Assembly (NCBI RefSeq): GCF_006345805.1
Contig: NC_043004.1
Location: 36,580,001 to 36,644,000 of the forward strand
Source: Octopus sinensis
Taxonomy: Eukaryota
Reading direction: 5' to 3'
Length of the DNA: 64,000 bases
The notes beneath the pieces were generated by a model. The model was not told where the DNA came from, did no database searches, and saw only the letters and a program-made list of their open reading frames with translations. Below are positions 1-13,460 of this stretch, piece after piece. Numbering within the stretch: the stretch's first letter is position 1; the number at the start of each line of letters is the position of its first letter. Made by a program: the position numbers and the translations under genes.

Positions 1-228
1 AATATGTTAGAGGGTATCCATGATAGAAACTGTTGCGCTCTGGCTGAAATGCGAGCCAATATTTTAATTGTTGTCTCTAAATTCTGAGATCAAATATTAG
101 CAGAGTTGAAGTTGTAAATTATGTTTGTAGGTCGACAAAATACATATTCAAATAATGCTACACTTTTACTTTCAAACATTTCGTGTACAGGTTTCTGGCT
201 ATATGCAAGAATGAGATGATGATGATGA

Positions 229-259
<31 letters not shown>

Positions 260-260
260 T

Positions 261-470
261 AAAGCTGGCTAAATCGTTAGCAGGTCAGGCAAAATGCTTA
301 GCAGTATTTCATCCGTCCTTTCGTTCTGAGTTCAAATTACGCCGAGGTCAACTTTACCTGTCATACTTTCGGGGTCGATGAAATAAGTACCAGTGAAACA
401 CTGGAGTCGATGTAATCGATCAGTCCCCTCCCCGCCCAAAATTCAGGCCCTGTGCCTTTAGTAGAAAGGA
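261..470 (+). mobile_element. tRNA-derived SINE (octopus OR-type as I recall it; family A)
   Basis: A-box-like head ctggctaaatcgttagc, B-box gagttcaaatt, core ggggtcgat-aaataagtaccag. Confidence 0.8.
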
Positions 471-2511
471 GTAGTAGTAGTAGCTGTCAATTTCGTGGTT
501 CTGAGTGCGACGACGAAGAACTCAAGCACTGTTAATAACCAAACGTAATCTACAATATATTAAGGTTTCTCAATAATTAAATTGAAATCAATTAATATCA
601 GTTTAATATAGGTTTTGTCGTTGAGACCATTTAACGTAACACCTATATGTAAATCATTTCTTCTTCTTATGTTGTAGTATTGAATTTACCAGTGATATAC
701 TAGGTTCATTCAAAGGGTAGGTTTTCCTCAGAAAATTGAGTTTATTCGGGGAAAAAAATCGATAAATTTCTCAATCTTTTCATAAAAGTCACTATTTGCA
801 TGAGTAACAAAACCATTGTCCTTGATATAACTGATAACAGCAACAGTGAAGATTGTGAAGTTATTTTATTTTTCCTTTTGATTTTCCAACCGTAATTTTA
901 ATGGCCTCTGCTTTTCAAAATGCACAAAATTGCTGAAAAGTCCTAATCTTCTATTGACCATTTGCCTCTTACCTAAAACTTCTACCTCACAAAACACCAC
1001 ATCCCGACAAGTTCATTTGAACTCACTTTTTATGTTTTATCTCAGTAATCAAGCTACTTAAAATTAAAAGAATTTCATCACTACGTTAATCTAATTTCGC
1101 TTTCTTTCTTTTTTTTTTTTCATTTAGTAAAGCTAAGAAGACTGTTTCATCCATCGTAGCGTTACTAAATGGAAAGCAGTTCTTTTATATAGCTTCACAA
1201 TTAGAAGTCCGTCGACAGAATAAAAAAATTTCCCAGCGAGCTTTTTCCATTTCCATCATAGACAAACAAAAGTAAGAGACTTATTCAATGCTCAAGCGAT
1301 ATAAAAGTGTCGATTCACAAAGCATGAAAGTGTTGTATTCAGACCAGAGTTGATTGATTAAAATATAAAGGTGAAGTGAACACTAGCAAATTTCGTTTTT
1401 TAATCAACAATTGTCTTCTAATTAATAATAACTTAATGGTGCCTTAAAACAGGAAAAACTAAAAATGTTAATAATAGAAAGTTCAAAGATTTTGATGAAG
1501 TCCAGGCCTTATTTAATTATGATGCATATAGGACCACTCTATGCTGTAATAACAACAACACTAACAGTTTTCTTTTCAGAATTTTTCTCTAGGAAAATAA
1601 TCCTTTTCACCTCACATAATATTATTCGCATTTAAAATATCATCAAATTATGTCAAATGCCTTCTTTTATTATATAGCTTCATCAATTCTTTAGATTTAA
1701 TCAATTCTGTTATTGTGCGAACCTTTTAAAAAAACATAAATGTTCGTTTCTAGTTCTTGACACGTTCATGCATTAATAACGCTTCCTTGATGACAGAATT
1801 GAAGCGAGGTGTACATCTGATTAACATTTAGATGAGGAAGAAAAAATATTCTGAATTATAATGATGAACTGGGTATAACGAGAAGACAGCAATAAAGAAG
1901 GTTTGAAGGCTTGTTCATACAGACCGAGCACAATATTTCATTCAAGATATTATGCAATTAGAAAATATAAGATAATCTAATAACCAATTGCCTTGGTCGG
2001 ATCATTTAACGGAAATTTGAAAGAGGTTCAATATCTATTTATACGTGTAGAAACCTACGGTCAGGTGAAGGCAGAGGCTGTGCTAAAAGAATGATTTGAA
2101 GAGTATGATGTTTACAGAAAATATTGAAGTATATCATTTCAGATTCTAATTGGTAATGGGAAGATTGTCTAATCTTCTACAACCCTAGGCAGACAAATAA
2201 ATATATTTTATTGAATGAAAAATAGTAAAACATTAATTGCATTTGTATTCATCTACTAACTTCGATCACTGAACTATGGATAGACGATACACAACCATTC
2301 AAGGGTTTACTCCAGACTATCGAGCCCAGAGTCTATTTTAGTCTATTGTTTTATCGACATCTATTTAACAAATCACTAGATTACCTATTTTATATAAATT
2401 AAGGATCGCTACATAGGCAAACGCCAACTAAAGGTGTAATATGAATAACACTTCATGCACACACACGCAAAAGAAAATATGTATGTATAAACACACGTAA
2501 TAAACGTATGC

Positions 2512-2551
<40 letters not shown>

Positions 2552-3301
2552 GAACATATGGATATATATATACACACACGTACGTAACACACACTCACGA
2601 AGACACAGACATATTATATATATTATACACACACACACACGTATACGTGATCATGTGATCGACCAGACTATCGGATGTAACTATATATAAGGTTTGTCAA
2701 AATACGCTTTGCATTGTTTTAGCTATTGTCTTGTTGTTGTTCTTTTAATGATACTACTGGCAACATTGTTGTGGTCGGATGGCTACTCTGTCGCAGGGTC
2801 AGTCATTTACGGCTGAGTGAACTGAAACAACGTGGAAGGAAGAGTTTTGCTCAAGAACACAACACGCAGCCGGTCTTACAATCGCCGCCACAGTCTCAAG
2901 GTCGTGAGTGCAACACGCCCAATCACTAGGCGACGAGCCTTCACACACACATACACACACGTAAAAAAAAAAACATACACTCTCATACATATGCACAAAC
3001 GACCACACGCACACACACACGCTCACATACACATATATATATAAAATGCACAACACGGCATACATCAGCACTACATTGTTATGAGATGAAGTACAAATGT
3101 AAACACGTTCCTTATAACATTGATGAGCAGAGATAAGAGTAGAGAATCTCCTGACTGACCGTTTCACGATTCTTTGTTCTCTTCCTCGGAAAAATCTACC
3201 CCGATTTCTTTCCCTAGCAATACTATTGATTGCTTAGTTTTATAAACGATAGTCATACATTAAGCTAACACTGTGGTAGATCGTCTGAGTTGTATATTCG
3301 T

Positions 3302-3735
3302 CTTAGCGGTATTTCGTCCGTCTTTACGTTCTGATTTCAAATTCCTATTTCTTTACTACCCACAAGGGGCTAAACACAGAGAGGACAAACAAGGACAGAC
3401 AAACGGATTAAGTCGATGATATCGACCCCAGTGCGTAACTGGTACTTATTTAATCGACCCCGAAAGGATGAAAGGCAAAGTCGACCTCGGCGGAATTTGA
3501 ACTCAGAACGTAGCGGCACACAAAATACAGCTAAGCATTTCGCCCTGCGTGCTAACGTTTCTGCCAGCTCGCCGCCTTCAAGAGAATATTTCTGATTTCA
3601 AATTCCACCGAGGTCCAGTTTGCCTTGCATCTTTTCGAGGTCGAAAAATTAAGTACCAGTTGCGTACTGAGGTTGATCTGATCGACTGTCCCCCCCCCCG
3701 AATTTCGGGCCTTGTGCCTAGAGTAGAAAACAATA
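3302..3735. mobile_element. Nested SINE-A pair: minus copy (3346-3578) inserted in a plus copy, with 17-bp duplication TTCTGATTTCAAATTCC (3329-3345 / 3590-3606)
   Basis: Both halves of the plus copy and the duplicated 17-mer are visible. Confidence 0.8.
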
Positions 3736-4059
3736 TTTTGTATGCGTCTAGTATTGTTAACTTTTCATGGGAAGGTAGGATGCGCAGACTCATCAGAGCG
3801 CCATGATTTCAAATCCTAAGGTTGCCTTTCGTCATTTCGTCATCGATAAAAATGAACCAATAAAGGTTGTGGGTTGGTGAGACTCTTAAGAACGTCGGAT
3901 CTTGCGGTATTTGTCCCACCGCTTTTTATTTTCGTTCTGGGCTCAGTTCCAACCATGTCCTACATGGAGGAGAGTCTTGATCCACTGCAAAGTTTAAGCC
4001 CTGCGCCTTGAACCTTGGAAGCCTTTAATGGAATCTTCTCTATCAAAAGTATTGAGTCA

Positions 4060-5169
4060 GTCTTCCTCATATATATATAATATATATATATTTATATATA
4101 TATATATATATATATGTATTATATTATATTAACATACATATATATATATATATACATATATATACATACATATATATATATAATACATACATATATGATG
4201 ATTTCTCTTGAATGAAACAGTTCTAGTCCGTAGAAGCTCCTTCTATATAATAAATTAATTTTACTCTGCTATGTATTGAGTACCTTATTTACTGTGGTTA
4301 ACCCCGAATACATACATATATATATATATACATACATATATATACATATACATACATATATATACATATACATACATATATATACATATATATATATATA
4401 TACATACATATATGTATATACATATATGTATATACATACATATACACACATATTTATATACATACATATATACATATATATATATACATACATATATACA
4501 TACATATATACATACACATACATACGTATATACATACATATATATATATATAAACACACTCACATACAATAGACACACATGTATATATCAACATTCTGTG
4601 ACATGAAACCCAAGTCGTGACAACACGAGGCAATTGCCAATGAAGTTTTAACAAAGTCTCATATCAACTTAATTTTATTAATATTATCAAATCGAAATAT
4701 ATTTTCATAACTTTGCGCATTGAATAGATAATGTAACGCTTGTTATTATGTATCATTTCTTTTTTAAGGGAGATGCTGTAAAATAATAAAAATAAAAACA
4801 GTTCTTATATTTCGTTTGACATCATGAATTGTGTTTTTACTGTAAATTACATCCATTTCATTACGTATGATCATTATATACATCTGCAGGAAACCAAATA
4901 ACGTAATAGCTTTCTTACGTATTTTTAATTAAATAAGAATATTATATGTATCTATATACATATATGTATATCTACATATATATATATATTACATATATAT
5001 ACATCTATAATATATACATATATATATATTACATATATATATACAATATATATATATACAATATATATAATACATATATATATATATATATATATATATT
5101 ACAATATATATATATAACATATATATATACATATATATATATACATATATATATACACATATATATTAC

Positions 5170-5202
<33 letters not shown>

Positions 5203-5358
5203 ACATACATATTATATACATAATATATATATACATACATATATATATACATACATATATATATATATACATATATATATATACATACATATATTTATAC
5301 ATTACATATATATATATGTATATATATCTAACATATATATATACATAATATATATATG

Positions 5359-5390
<32 letters not shown>

Positions 5391-5447
5391 CATATATATA
5401 TACATATATATATATGTATATTTATATATACATATATATATATATTA

Positions 5448-5479
<32 letters not shown>

Positions 5480-5658
5480 CATATATATATATATCTATAT
5501 ATATATACATATACATATATACATATACATATATATATATATAATATATACATATACATACATATATAATACATACATATATAATATATACATATATATA
5601 TATATATACATATACATACATATATCTATATACATATATATATATACCATACATACAT

Positions 5659-5689
<31 letters not shown>

Positions 5690-6036
5690 CATATATATAT
5701 ATATACATATATATATACATACATATACATTAACATATATATATACATTATATATACATATACATATATACATATTACATATACATATATATATATATAC
5801 ATATACATATATATATATATACATATATATATATACATACATACATATATCATACATATATAATATACATACATACATATATATATATATATACATACAT
5901 ACATATATATGTGTATACATACATATATATACATATTATATATATATATAATACATTATATATATATATACATATATATATATACATATATATTATATAC
6001 ATATATATATATACATATATATATACATATATTTAC

Positions 6037-6087
<51 letters not shown>

Positions 6088-6146
6088 ACATATATATATA
6101 TACATCTATTATATATATATATATATATATATATGTTATATATATA
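4060..6146. repeat. Large compound (TA)n/(TACA)n microsatellite tracts (about 4060-4590 and 4946-6146)
   Basis: Direct inspection; these tracts produce the I/Y-repeat ORFs in the track. Similar tracts at about 7408-7480, 31990-32330, 33820-33950, 38455-38530, 43255-43600 (GT), 50600-50860, 61055-61130. Confidence 0.97.
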
Positions 6147-6665
6147 TATGGCTGCTCTTTCTGGTGGACGAGTGACCTGTTGGGGTCACTCCTAAATCGT
6201 TATATTTATATATTTAGTCGATGACTATTTCTCTTTTTCACCAGGCCGCTGGTTGCGATAATTTCTATGGAATTTTTGCTACCCTAAATTGACTAATGAT
6301 AATTTTCTGAATAATTCTGAGATTGAATCGGCAGTTTATATTTACTGTTGATAAGTTTGGCGCGAATACGTCAGTCTTGAAAATTTTAAGTCAGATATCC
6401 CGTAGGCATCTATACAGACGCCTCGTGTATATTGTCTCTCCCAGGTCTTTTACTGATGAAGTGTAACCTATGGTAGATTGGCTTAATTTAATTTAATAAG
6501 CTAATTAATCATTAATGACACAGAAACGTTGCAACGTTCTAAAGAAGAATTAGGGTAAATGTTTTTAAATTTTCACCTAATTTCTGAATTACTAATACTT
6601 GGCGGTGTGAGTTATGGCTGCTCTTTCTGGTGGACGAGTGACCTGTTGGGGTCACTCCTAAATCG

Positions 6666-6671
<6 letters not shown>
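6147..6671 (+). mobile_element. Small element with 59-bp terminal direct repeats (466-nt period) in a TA microsatellite; PLE-derived or retrozyme-like
   Basis: 6147-6205 equals 6613-6671; each repeat contains the hairpin GAGTGACC(tgttgg)GGTCACTC. Internal hammerhead-like motif. The flanking (TA)n-GT-(TA)n pattern occurs on both sides. Confidence 0.7.
6446..6545 (+). ncRNA. Type I hammerhead-like motif with long stem II and palindromic stem III
   Basis: UCUUUUA-CUGAUGA-A-[GUGU...53 nt irregular hairpin...ACAC]-A-GAAACGUUGCAACGUU-C-UAAAGA. There is an extra A before GAAA, so the core register is non-canonical. Confidence 0.55.
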
Positions 6672-6698
<27 letters not shown>

Positions 6699-8497
6699 AT
6701 ATATATATATATATATAGATATATATATATATATATATTGCATGCATGTATGTATGTATTATGTATGTATACGGTACTATATTGTATTATGCTATATTAC
6801 AATCAGTTAGGTTTGGTGGTAGTAACTCTCTAAATTTTTTCTTCCTTAATTTCGAGTTTTGCTATAATTTCTGAACGAAATTCATCTTTGGGGAATATTT
6901 TATCAGCAGATCAAACTGAAATTCTAGAAGTATTATATCAAATGAAAACGGCTTTGATTACTTGATTCTTGCAGAAGAAACGAATATTAAAAGCCAAATA
7001 AATTTCAGCCGATAGCCACAAATTCCAAACCAAATTATCGACTCTTCATTCCATCTTATCGTCTCAAAGCTTCAACATATCCAGTGATCATATTTAATCA
7101 AAATTAAGCTAAATTTATAGAAGGCGACATGAGCTGAAATATTATAAAATATTGTACTTTATGACACAACTGAATATAAGAGACTAATCGATGCTGATTG
7201 CTGTTGTGATAGGGATGATTAACTTGCTACAGTCGATAACAATTTTATTGTGCCTCTATAGTTTCGGTCTTGATTGTCCAAAATTATATACGAACGATTT
7301 TATTCTTCTACACATTTATATCTACTTCATACTCTTCTCCTTCATACTCGTATTATCTTTAGGAATAGTTAAGATTTACTATATTCAATACCTAGTTACA
7401 TAAATAGCATACATACATACATACATACATACATACATACATACATACATACATACATACATACATACATACATACATACATGGTGGCTGCCCCCTCGTT
7501 ATCGAGTATGGCCATTGCACGAAGCTTAATCAATGTTGTTATCGTGCAATGCCTGTGCAAGAAGATTTTTTTTAAAGTGAGGAAAGGCTGTGCACTGAAT
7601 CAATCTCACTCACTAAGCAACAGCAGCCATAATCCGAAAAGAAGAACAAGCCAACATCATCGGTAACCACTGAGCCGCAAGTTTTATGTTGGAGTTATCC
7701 CAGTTACCTGAGTTACCTTCTCCTAGAAGGATACCCTAACAAAGGCTGGCAGTCCTTCACTCCCAATGGTTTAACTGCGCGATCAGGTATTCAGTCCGAT
7801 TATTTCTATGTCCCCGCGCATGATACATCCTAAAGACATTATTGGATGGCCATTGACTCTCAAGAGTTCCTCCGCCCTTTTACGGTTTGTTTTTCATCCG
7901 CAGGGTGTCCAATAAACACCCTCCTCACCAAGCAAGCTTGGTGGGGTTGCCGGTTTAGTCGCCGACGACCCGACCATGCAACAGGTTGTACTGGGTTACA
8001 TGTTACCAGTAGGACATGTACCAGTACATACATACATACATTCCAAACTTTAACAAACGTCGGTTTGTGTATTACTGAAGAAATCTAGTTAGAATATGCT
8101 CTTGTTTAAAAAAAAAGAAAACTTTTACTGTATATTTCACGAAATCGGTCAGTAAGGTCATAGAGAAAGAACTACGTTTCATTTTATAATAAAATGTGAT
8201 ATAGTCCCTTTTTTAAATTCTATTTTTTTTTCTTTTACGTGCTAACTTAAATGAATACACGTTGAAACACATATCCTCGCATCCATATATACGCTAGAAT
8301 TGCTAACACTTATGAGAGCCACCGTATCATTTCATCTACCCATTGTCATCTACCACAACCTAAATTATCGTCCTACCTTGTCTGCCATATTTATTTCCTC
8401 TATAAAATTCCTGTATCTTGTGTAGATCCAGTGATTCATTCTACAGTTAGTTACTCTCATGACAGTCACTGTTTTTGATGGGTCCATTATCATCGTT

Positions 8498-9060
8498 GGC
8501 GAGTTGGCAGAAACATTAGCACGCCGGGCGAAATGCTTAGCTGTATTTCGTCTGTCATTACGTTCTGAGTTCAAATTCCGCCGAGGTCGACTTTGCCTTT
8601 GATTCTTTCGGGGTCGATAAATTAAGTACCAGTTACGCACTGGGGTCGATGTAATCGACTTAATCCGTTTGTCTGTCCTTGTTTGTTCCCTCTGTGTTTA
8701 GCCCTTTGGGTAGTAAAGAAATAAAAAACGTTAGCACGCCGGGCGAAATGCTTAGCTGTATTTCGTCTGTCATTACGTTCTGAGTTTTAATTCCGCCGAA
8801 ATCGACTTTGCCTTTGATTCTTTCGGGGTCGATAAATTATGTACCAGTTACGCACTGGGATCGATATAATCGACTTAATCCGTTTGTCTGTCCTTGTTTG
8901 TCCACTCTGTGTTTAGCGCCTTGTGGGTAGTAAAGAAATAGGTATTTCGTTCACTCTGAGTTCAAATTCCGCCATGGTAGACGTTACCTTTCATCATTTC
9001 GATGTCGGTAAAATAAGTACCAGTTACTCACTGGGGTCTATGTAAGCTTCTAGCTCCCTT
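8498..9060 (+). mobile_element. Three head-to-tail SINE-A copies (8498-8723, 8726-8942, 8941-9060)
   Basis: Repeated gttagcacgccgggcgaaatgcttagc...gtaccagttacgcactgggg...gtagtaaagaaata. Confidence 0.9.
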
Positions 9061-9222
9061 CTACAAAACCTTTTGAATGAATGTGTTAAATATTATATAA
9101 CACGTGTATATGTGAGACACAATATCTCTTTGTGTGTGTATGCGTATATATATAAGTGGATGTGAGTTACTGTGGTGCATATATGTATTTGCATCAGTGT
9201 TTCTTGCCGAAGATATCTTTAC

Positions 9223-9448
9223 CAAATTTATTTCGTTCTTTTTAGCTGGGGAAAGTGGCCTGACTCCCTCAGATTTCTTCACAATTCTTCTACCAACTCT
9301 CAACAGCAGTTTTCTCAGGGATGCTCATGTGTGCACCATCCGCATGTTGAGTCCCTCTCTGCCAATCGCATATTGTATAGCGGAAGTTGCTTTGTCATCC
9401 TCCACACTTCTGCGCAATGACTTTTCAGACCCTTGCTTTCTAAATGTC
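9223..9448 (-). pseudogene. Possible Tx1/L1-type LINE zinc-finger (zf-RVT) remnant
   Basis: EVWRMTKQLPLYNMRLAERDSTCGWCTHEH resembles WR....LP....L......C..C...ET..H; stops in all minus-strand frames. Confidence 0.25.
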
Positions 9449-9633
9449 CTGAAGAAATGGTTATAGCCCGAAATATAGAAATACAAGGTACACTCGCAGT
9501 CTTCTTTTGTTTTTCTCTTCTTTCCTTTTGTACTTTACTTTGTACCTTTTCGCCCTGTTCCGGTATTACAAAGCAAATCTCTTCAAAGTAATACTAAAAG
9601 AACGCTTCAGTTATATATATATGTATATATAAA

Positions 9634-9812
9634 ACGGGAAGGTTTACGAAAATAAACAAAAGACGAAGGCAGACGGAGTACAAACAAACAAATGTATTAG
9701 TATGGTGCTCAGTCTTTTACGTTTCGAGCCTACGCTCTTCGACAGAAAGATACACAGAAAAGAAACAAGGAGAGAAACAAAGAGAGAAAAAAATGCGTGT
9801 AAGAGCTAACGG
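9634..9812 (-). mobile_element. Solo ~180-bp PLE 3' end (related subfamily) between TA tracts, with hammerhead-like motif at 9713-9750
   Basis: Aligns by eye to 17911-18110. Motif UCUUU-CUGUCGA-A-GAGC(GUAG)GCUC-GAAAC-GUA-AAAGA. Confidence 0.85.
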
Positions 9813-12047
9813 TTTATCATATATATATAGATATATATATATATATACATACATACACGCATATATACATACATATACGCATACACATATATACATACAC
9901 ACACACGCACAAATATATGGATATATATGTATATCAAACTGAATACCATAGATACTGACTGGATGACACAGTGATACGAATACATTAATTATATTATAAT
10001 GAGAGAAAAGGCAAACAATAATGAAAACAGTTTATAGTGAATGTATCAGCCATTACATACTCAGAAATGTGAGGATTGTTTCAGAGAAATGTCATCACAA
10101 ATGGGTGAAACATTTCACTGGTAAATTGCTGCTAAGTGGCAGGAAGGAATCTAAGAAATATTGGAGGGGATGTTTATACTTATATATCTATAGAGGTTCG
10201 CTATGAATATCAATTTAGTTTCAATTGTTTGTATTTGTTGATGAATTTCATGTGAAAGAAATAATAAAATAATAAAATCGATATTGACCATTAATGATTA
10301 ATTGTGATAGCGGTAATGACGAAAATAATTATAAATGAAATATAAACTGTGGCACACGATCATTCTGCGAGCTTTTCGTTCGGTAAAATCGTGGAAATTT
10401 TCCTCACGAGCCATGTTCATCACTTTGTGACAATAATTATAGACAGAAGCACTTGTGATATAATTCTCCTGTAATTTTCCTCCTGTCTGTCTGTCTCTGT
10501 CTTTCTTTCTCTCTCTCTCTCAGACACACACACTCTCTCTCTTTCTCTCACACACTTTCTCCCTCTCTCTCTCTTTTCCTTCTTCTCTCTATCCCTCTCT
10601 ACATCCTAAAACATCTCATTAATAAAACAATTGTCTCTATGTATATCTGTTATGTTCTTTAAGAAGTTATGGATTCGTCTACTTCAACAGGAGATGAACA
10701 CACGCACACATATGCATAAAATATCCATGTTCGATTCTTACAATATTTGCCGTTTCACTTGGAGGCTCATTGTGCCACTGTTTTCAGATCTTTCTCATTT
10801 TATTCTCAGTTAACTAATATCTAATGAATGAATTAACTGAATTGTCAAAACCCGTTCGTCACACTCTGTGACCTTACTGATGGCGTACTCGCAATGCACT
10901 CAGTCCGTGTCAATATGAACCAACCCTCGTGTGTCTTACTAACGACACAAAATCAAAGAGATTATAGTTTGTGTTTCGGTATTTATAATCTATAATCTGC
11001 GTTTGAGGGAAGTCATAATTGGTTTTTCAAAATGACGGAGATATATCTATGTGGGTGGGCACGCCTTCACAAACATACACACACATATATATATATATAT
11101 ACACACACATTCATCTATATACATGCTCACACGTGCTTGTAAACGTATTTTTGTTGTTATTGGTGTTATATTTCAAGTGATTTTTCGCTTTCTTTGTTAT
11201 GCCGCCATGCCTGTTGGCATTTTGCATTAAATGGTTTGACATCAGTTTTTCTCATCCAGTTTGTTCTACATTCTCTAAACAAACACTTATCTATTCATAA
11301 TGACCACACGCTTATATATGCACTCACACACATATATGTATATACATACGCATACACACACACGCAGGTACGCCTCGGTTACAGATTCACAGTCACAAAT
11401 ATGTATACGCTTACATATATTTTTGAATGGAAGTGAGAGTGTGTGAGTGTCTGTGTGCGTGTGTATGCCTTTAAACAGACACAAACATAAACACACTCAC
11501 ACTCACTCACACATACACATATATATATATAATAATAGAGACACGTCAATATATACGTGTGTGTGTGTATTGCTAATTAGTCACTACAAGAAATTATTCC
11601 GTTTTGATATTATTAATGTATATTGCCAGATACTTGTGCCTGGTGGTATTGTTATCATCCTTGTATTATTGTTAATTTGTTACGATTATAGTGATGGTGG
11701 TGGTGGTGGTGGTGATGTGGGTTTTTAAGCGGGAAATATTGCAGTGACCAATGTGTACAGGTAATTTCTAACCGAGGTGCAATGGTGGTCAGGTTCCTGT
11801 TAACTTTTTTAATCATTCTTTTGTCGGTGAGGACGAGTTCGTGTTTCAACGCAAATACTTGCCACTGTAACGTCTCTAAGAGTCGGACGGTGCGTGTTGA
11901 TCAGATTCTTATTTCGATGTCGTTTAACGACCCAACATATTGATCTGTGGCATGTTGGTAGAGATAAGGAGACTGACTCCTTTATTGACATCAGTGGCTT
12001 ATCTCACTGCAACGTTCTTACATTGCTCTCTTTGCCTCTAATGTCGC

Positions 12048-12314
12048 CTACACGTCGTTAATTTCACAATTTATCGGTGAATTTGTTATTATCACGAGCG
12101 AGGGTCCCACGAAATGGTTCGTTCTGCTAATTAGGAATTTAGCTGATCTTTCCGCTTTCTCTACAAACTTGATTCTAGGACTGATTTTCTTTACTGGTTT
12201 CCTAAATCTGTAAACCCATTCACTCCTGCTTACTAGCTCTTTCCAGTAAACTCGTCCACTGACGATACGAATAGAGTTTGCCCCATGACAAGCTCCATTC
12301 ATGTCGTTTGTCAT
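12048..12314 (-). pseudogene. Possible Ty3/Gypsy integrase C-terminal (GPY/F) remnant
   Basis: WVYRF..P...ERSAKFLISRTNHFVGPSLVI..SPINCEI loosely matches VW...P...S.KL...F.GP..V...S.VNYEI; locally higher GC. Confidence 0.3.
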
Positions 12315-12430
12315 TTTTGTTTTATGAAAGAACTTTTACAAACTGTCTAACTTATAAGTTAATTGATAATATAACGAGAGTAAAATACAACAAATGCGCG
12401 CGCTTTAAAGCTGAATGACATTCCTATAAG

Positions 12431-12478
<48 letters not shown>

Positions 12479-13423
12479 CGAACGCACATGACACATACAT
12501 ATAAATGATTCTTATTTCCTATGAATTTGAAATCATTTCGTGCCATACCTCTCACCCACTCAACAAATTTTACTGACGCAATGATGTTTAGTTTATTTCC
12601 AATATATGTAGTCACACGTTGAAACAGGTCGGAGCATGATTTTCTTTTTTTAGCTAATGGTATAAGTGTGGCGTATAAGGACATAAGCCCATTGTAGCAT
12701 GTATGATTGAAAGAGTAATTGAATATGCTTAAAGTTGCTTTTTCCCAATATCCCGACTTCCATGTCCCATTTGATCATGTGTCAGGTAGAATGACTAAAA
12801 TGTCGTATTTTCTTCTACATTTTTTGCAGGGCGCCTATTTAGTTTGTCTTTTTTCGCGCTGCTCTCACGAGACAATTAGATCTACACAACGAAAAACTCA
12901 TCAGTTCGAAACCTAACTGAACACTCTTAGTAGTGAAGCCCGTTCTAGCGGGAAATATCACCTTGTGTTTTGGTACTGACCGACTACTTTAATAAACTGA
13001 ATTATTGTAACGATACTATAGTGCCTCTCTGACAATCCGTTATTCGTTCTGTACTCTGGTTCTCTTGCCATCAAATACTTGTTTTGTATCCTGGTTTACT
13101 GGCAATCTTTCCGGCTCCTAGTACCATGGTATTCTATTAATTTAATCACACAACCATTCACACGTTTTCTTTTTTAATATCTTCTTCTCAGCTAAAATTA
13201 ATCTAGTATCTTATTTTCGTGTTAGTAAAACTGTTAGAGCCAAGTCAACGGGATAAGAAAATGAAACTCCAGAATCTGTTGTAAACTCATTTAACCAAAA
13301 CACAGGCCAAAGAGAACGTTTGTAATGGTCGCATACATAATGTTAATGGGAATAAACCAACCAATGGTCGCTAATGAAACTAATGTTCAAATGCGAGAAA
13401 CTGTTTCAGAAATGTCAACCTAC

Positions 13424-13460
13424 CTTGAGCTGCAATGTAAGCCTTTTCTTTTTCATAACC
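13424..13460 (-). CDS. RPTP D1 microexon, 37 nt: GYEKEKAYIAAQ(G)
   Basis: tttttgtgtttttcag|GGTTAT...GCTCAAG|gtaggt. YIAAQG motif; 37 nt, phase 0 to 1, as in other RPTP genes. I could not find the next exon (P..T..DFWRM) in 1-13423. Confidence 0.93.

Noticed and set aside
970-1012. Minus-strand TCRDVVFCEVEVL-G|gtaaga, resembling the end of a galactose-binding/fucolectin exon
   Set aside because: In-frame TGA immediately upstream and no acceptor; the position, downstream of the D1 exons, does not fit this gene. Chance match or a dead paralogue fragment.
2409-6195. Many 60-160 aa ORFs of I/Y, C/V or H/T repeats (also near 31900-32400, 43000-43750, 50500-51000 and elsewhere)
   Set aside because: They are translations of (TA)n, (TG)n and (TACA)n microsatellites, which lack stops in some frames.
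12545-12655. Minus-strand exon-like segment AKKRKSCSDLFQRVTTYIGNKLNIIASVKFVEWVR as the next PTP exon
   Set aside because: Lacks G-P and DFWRM; joining it would give QA rather than QGP.
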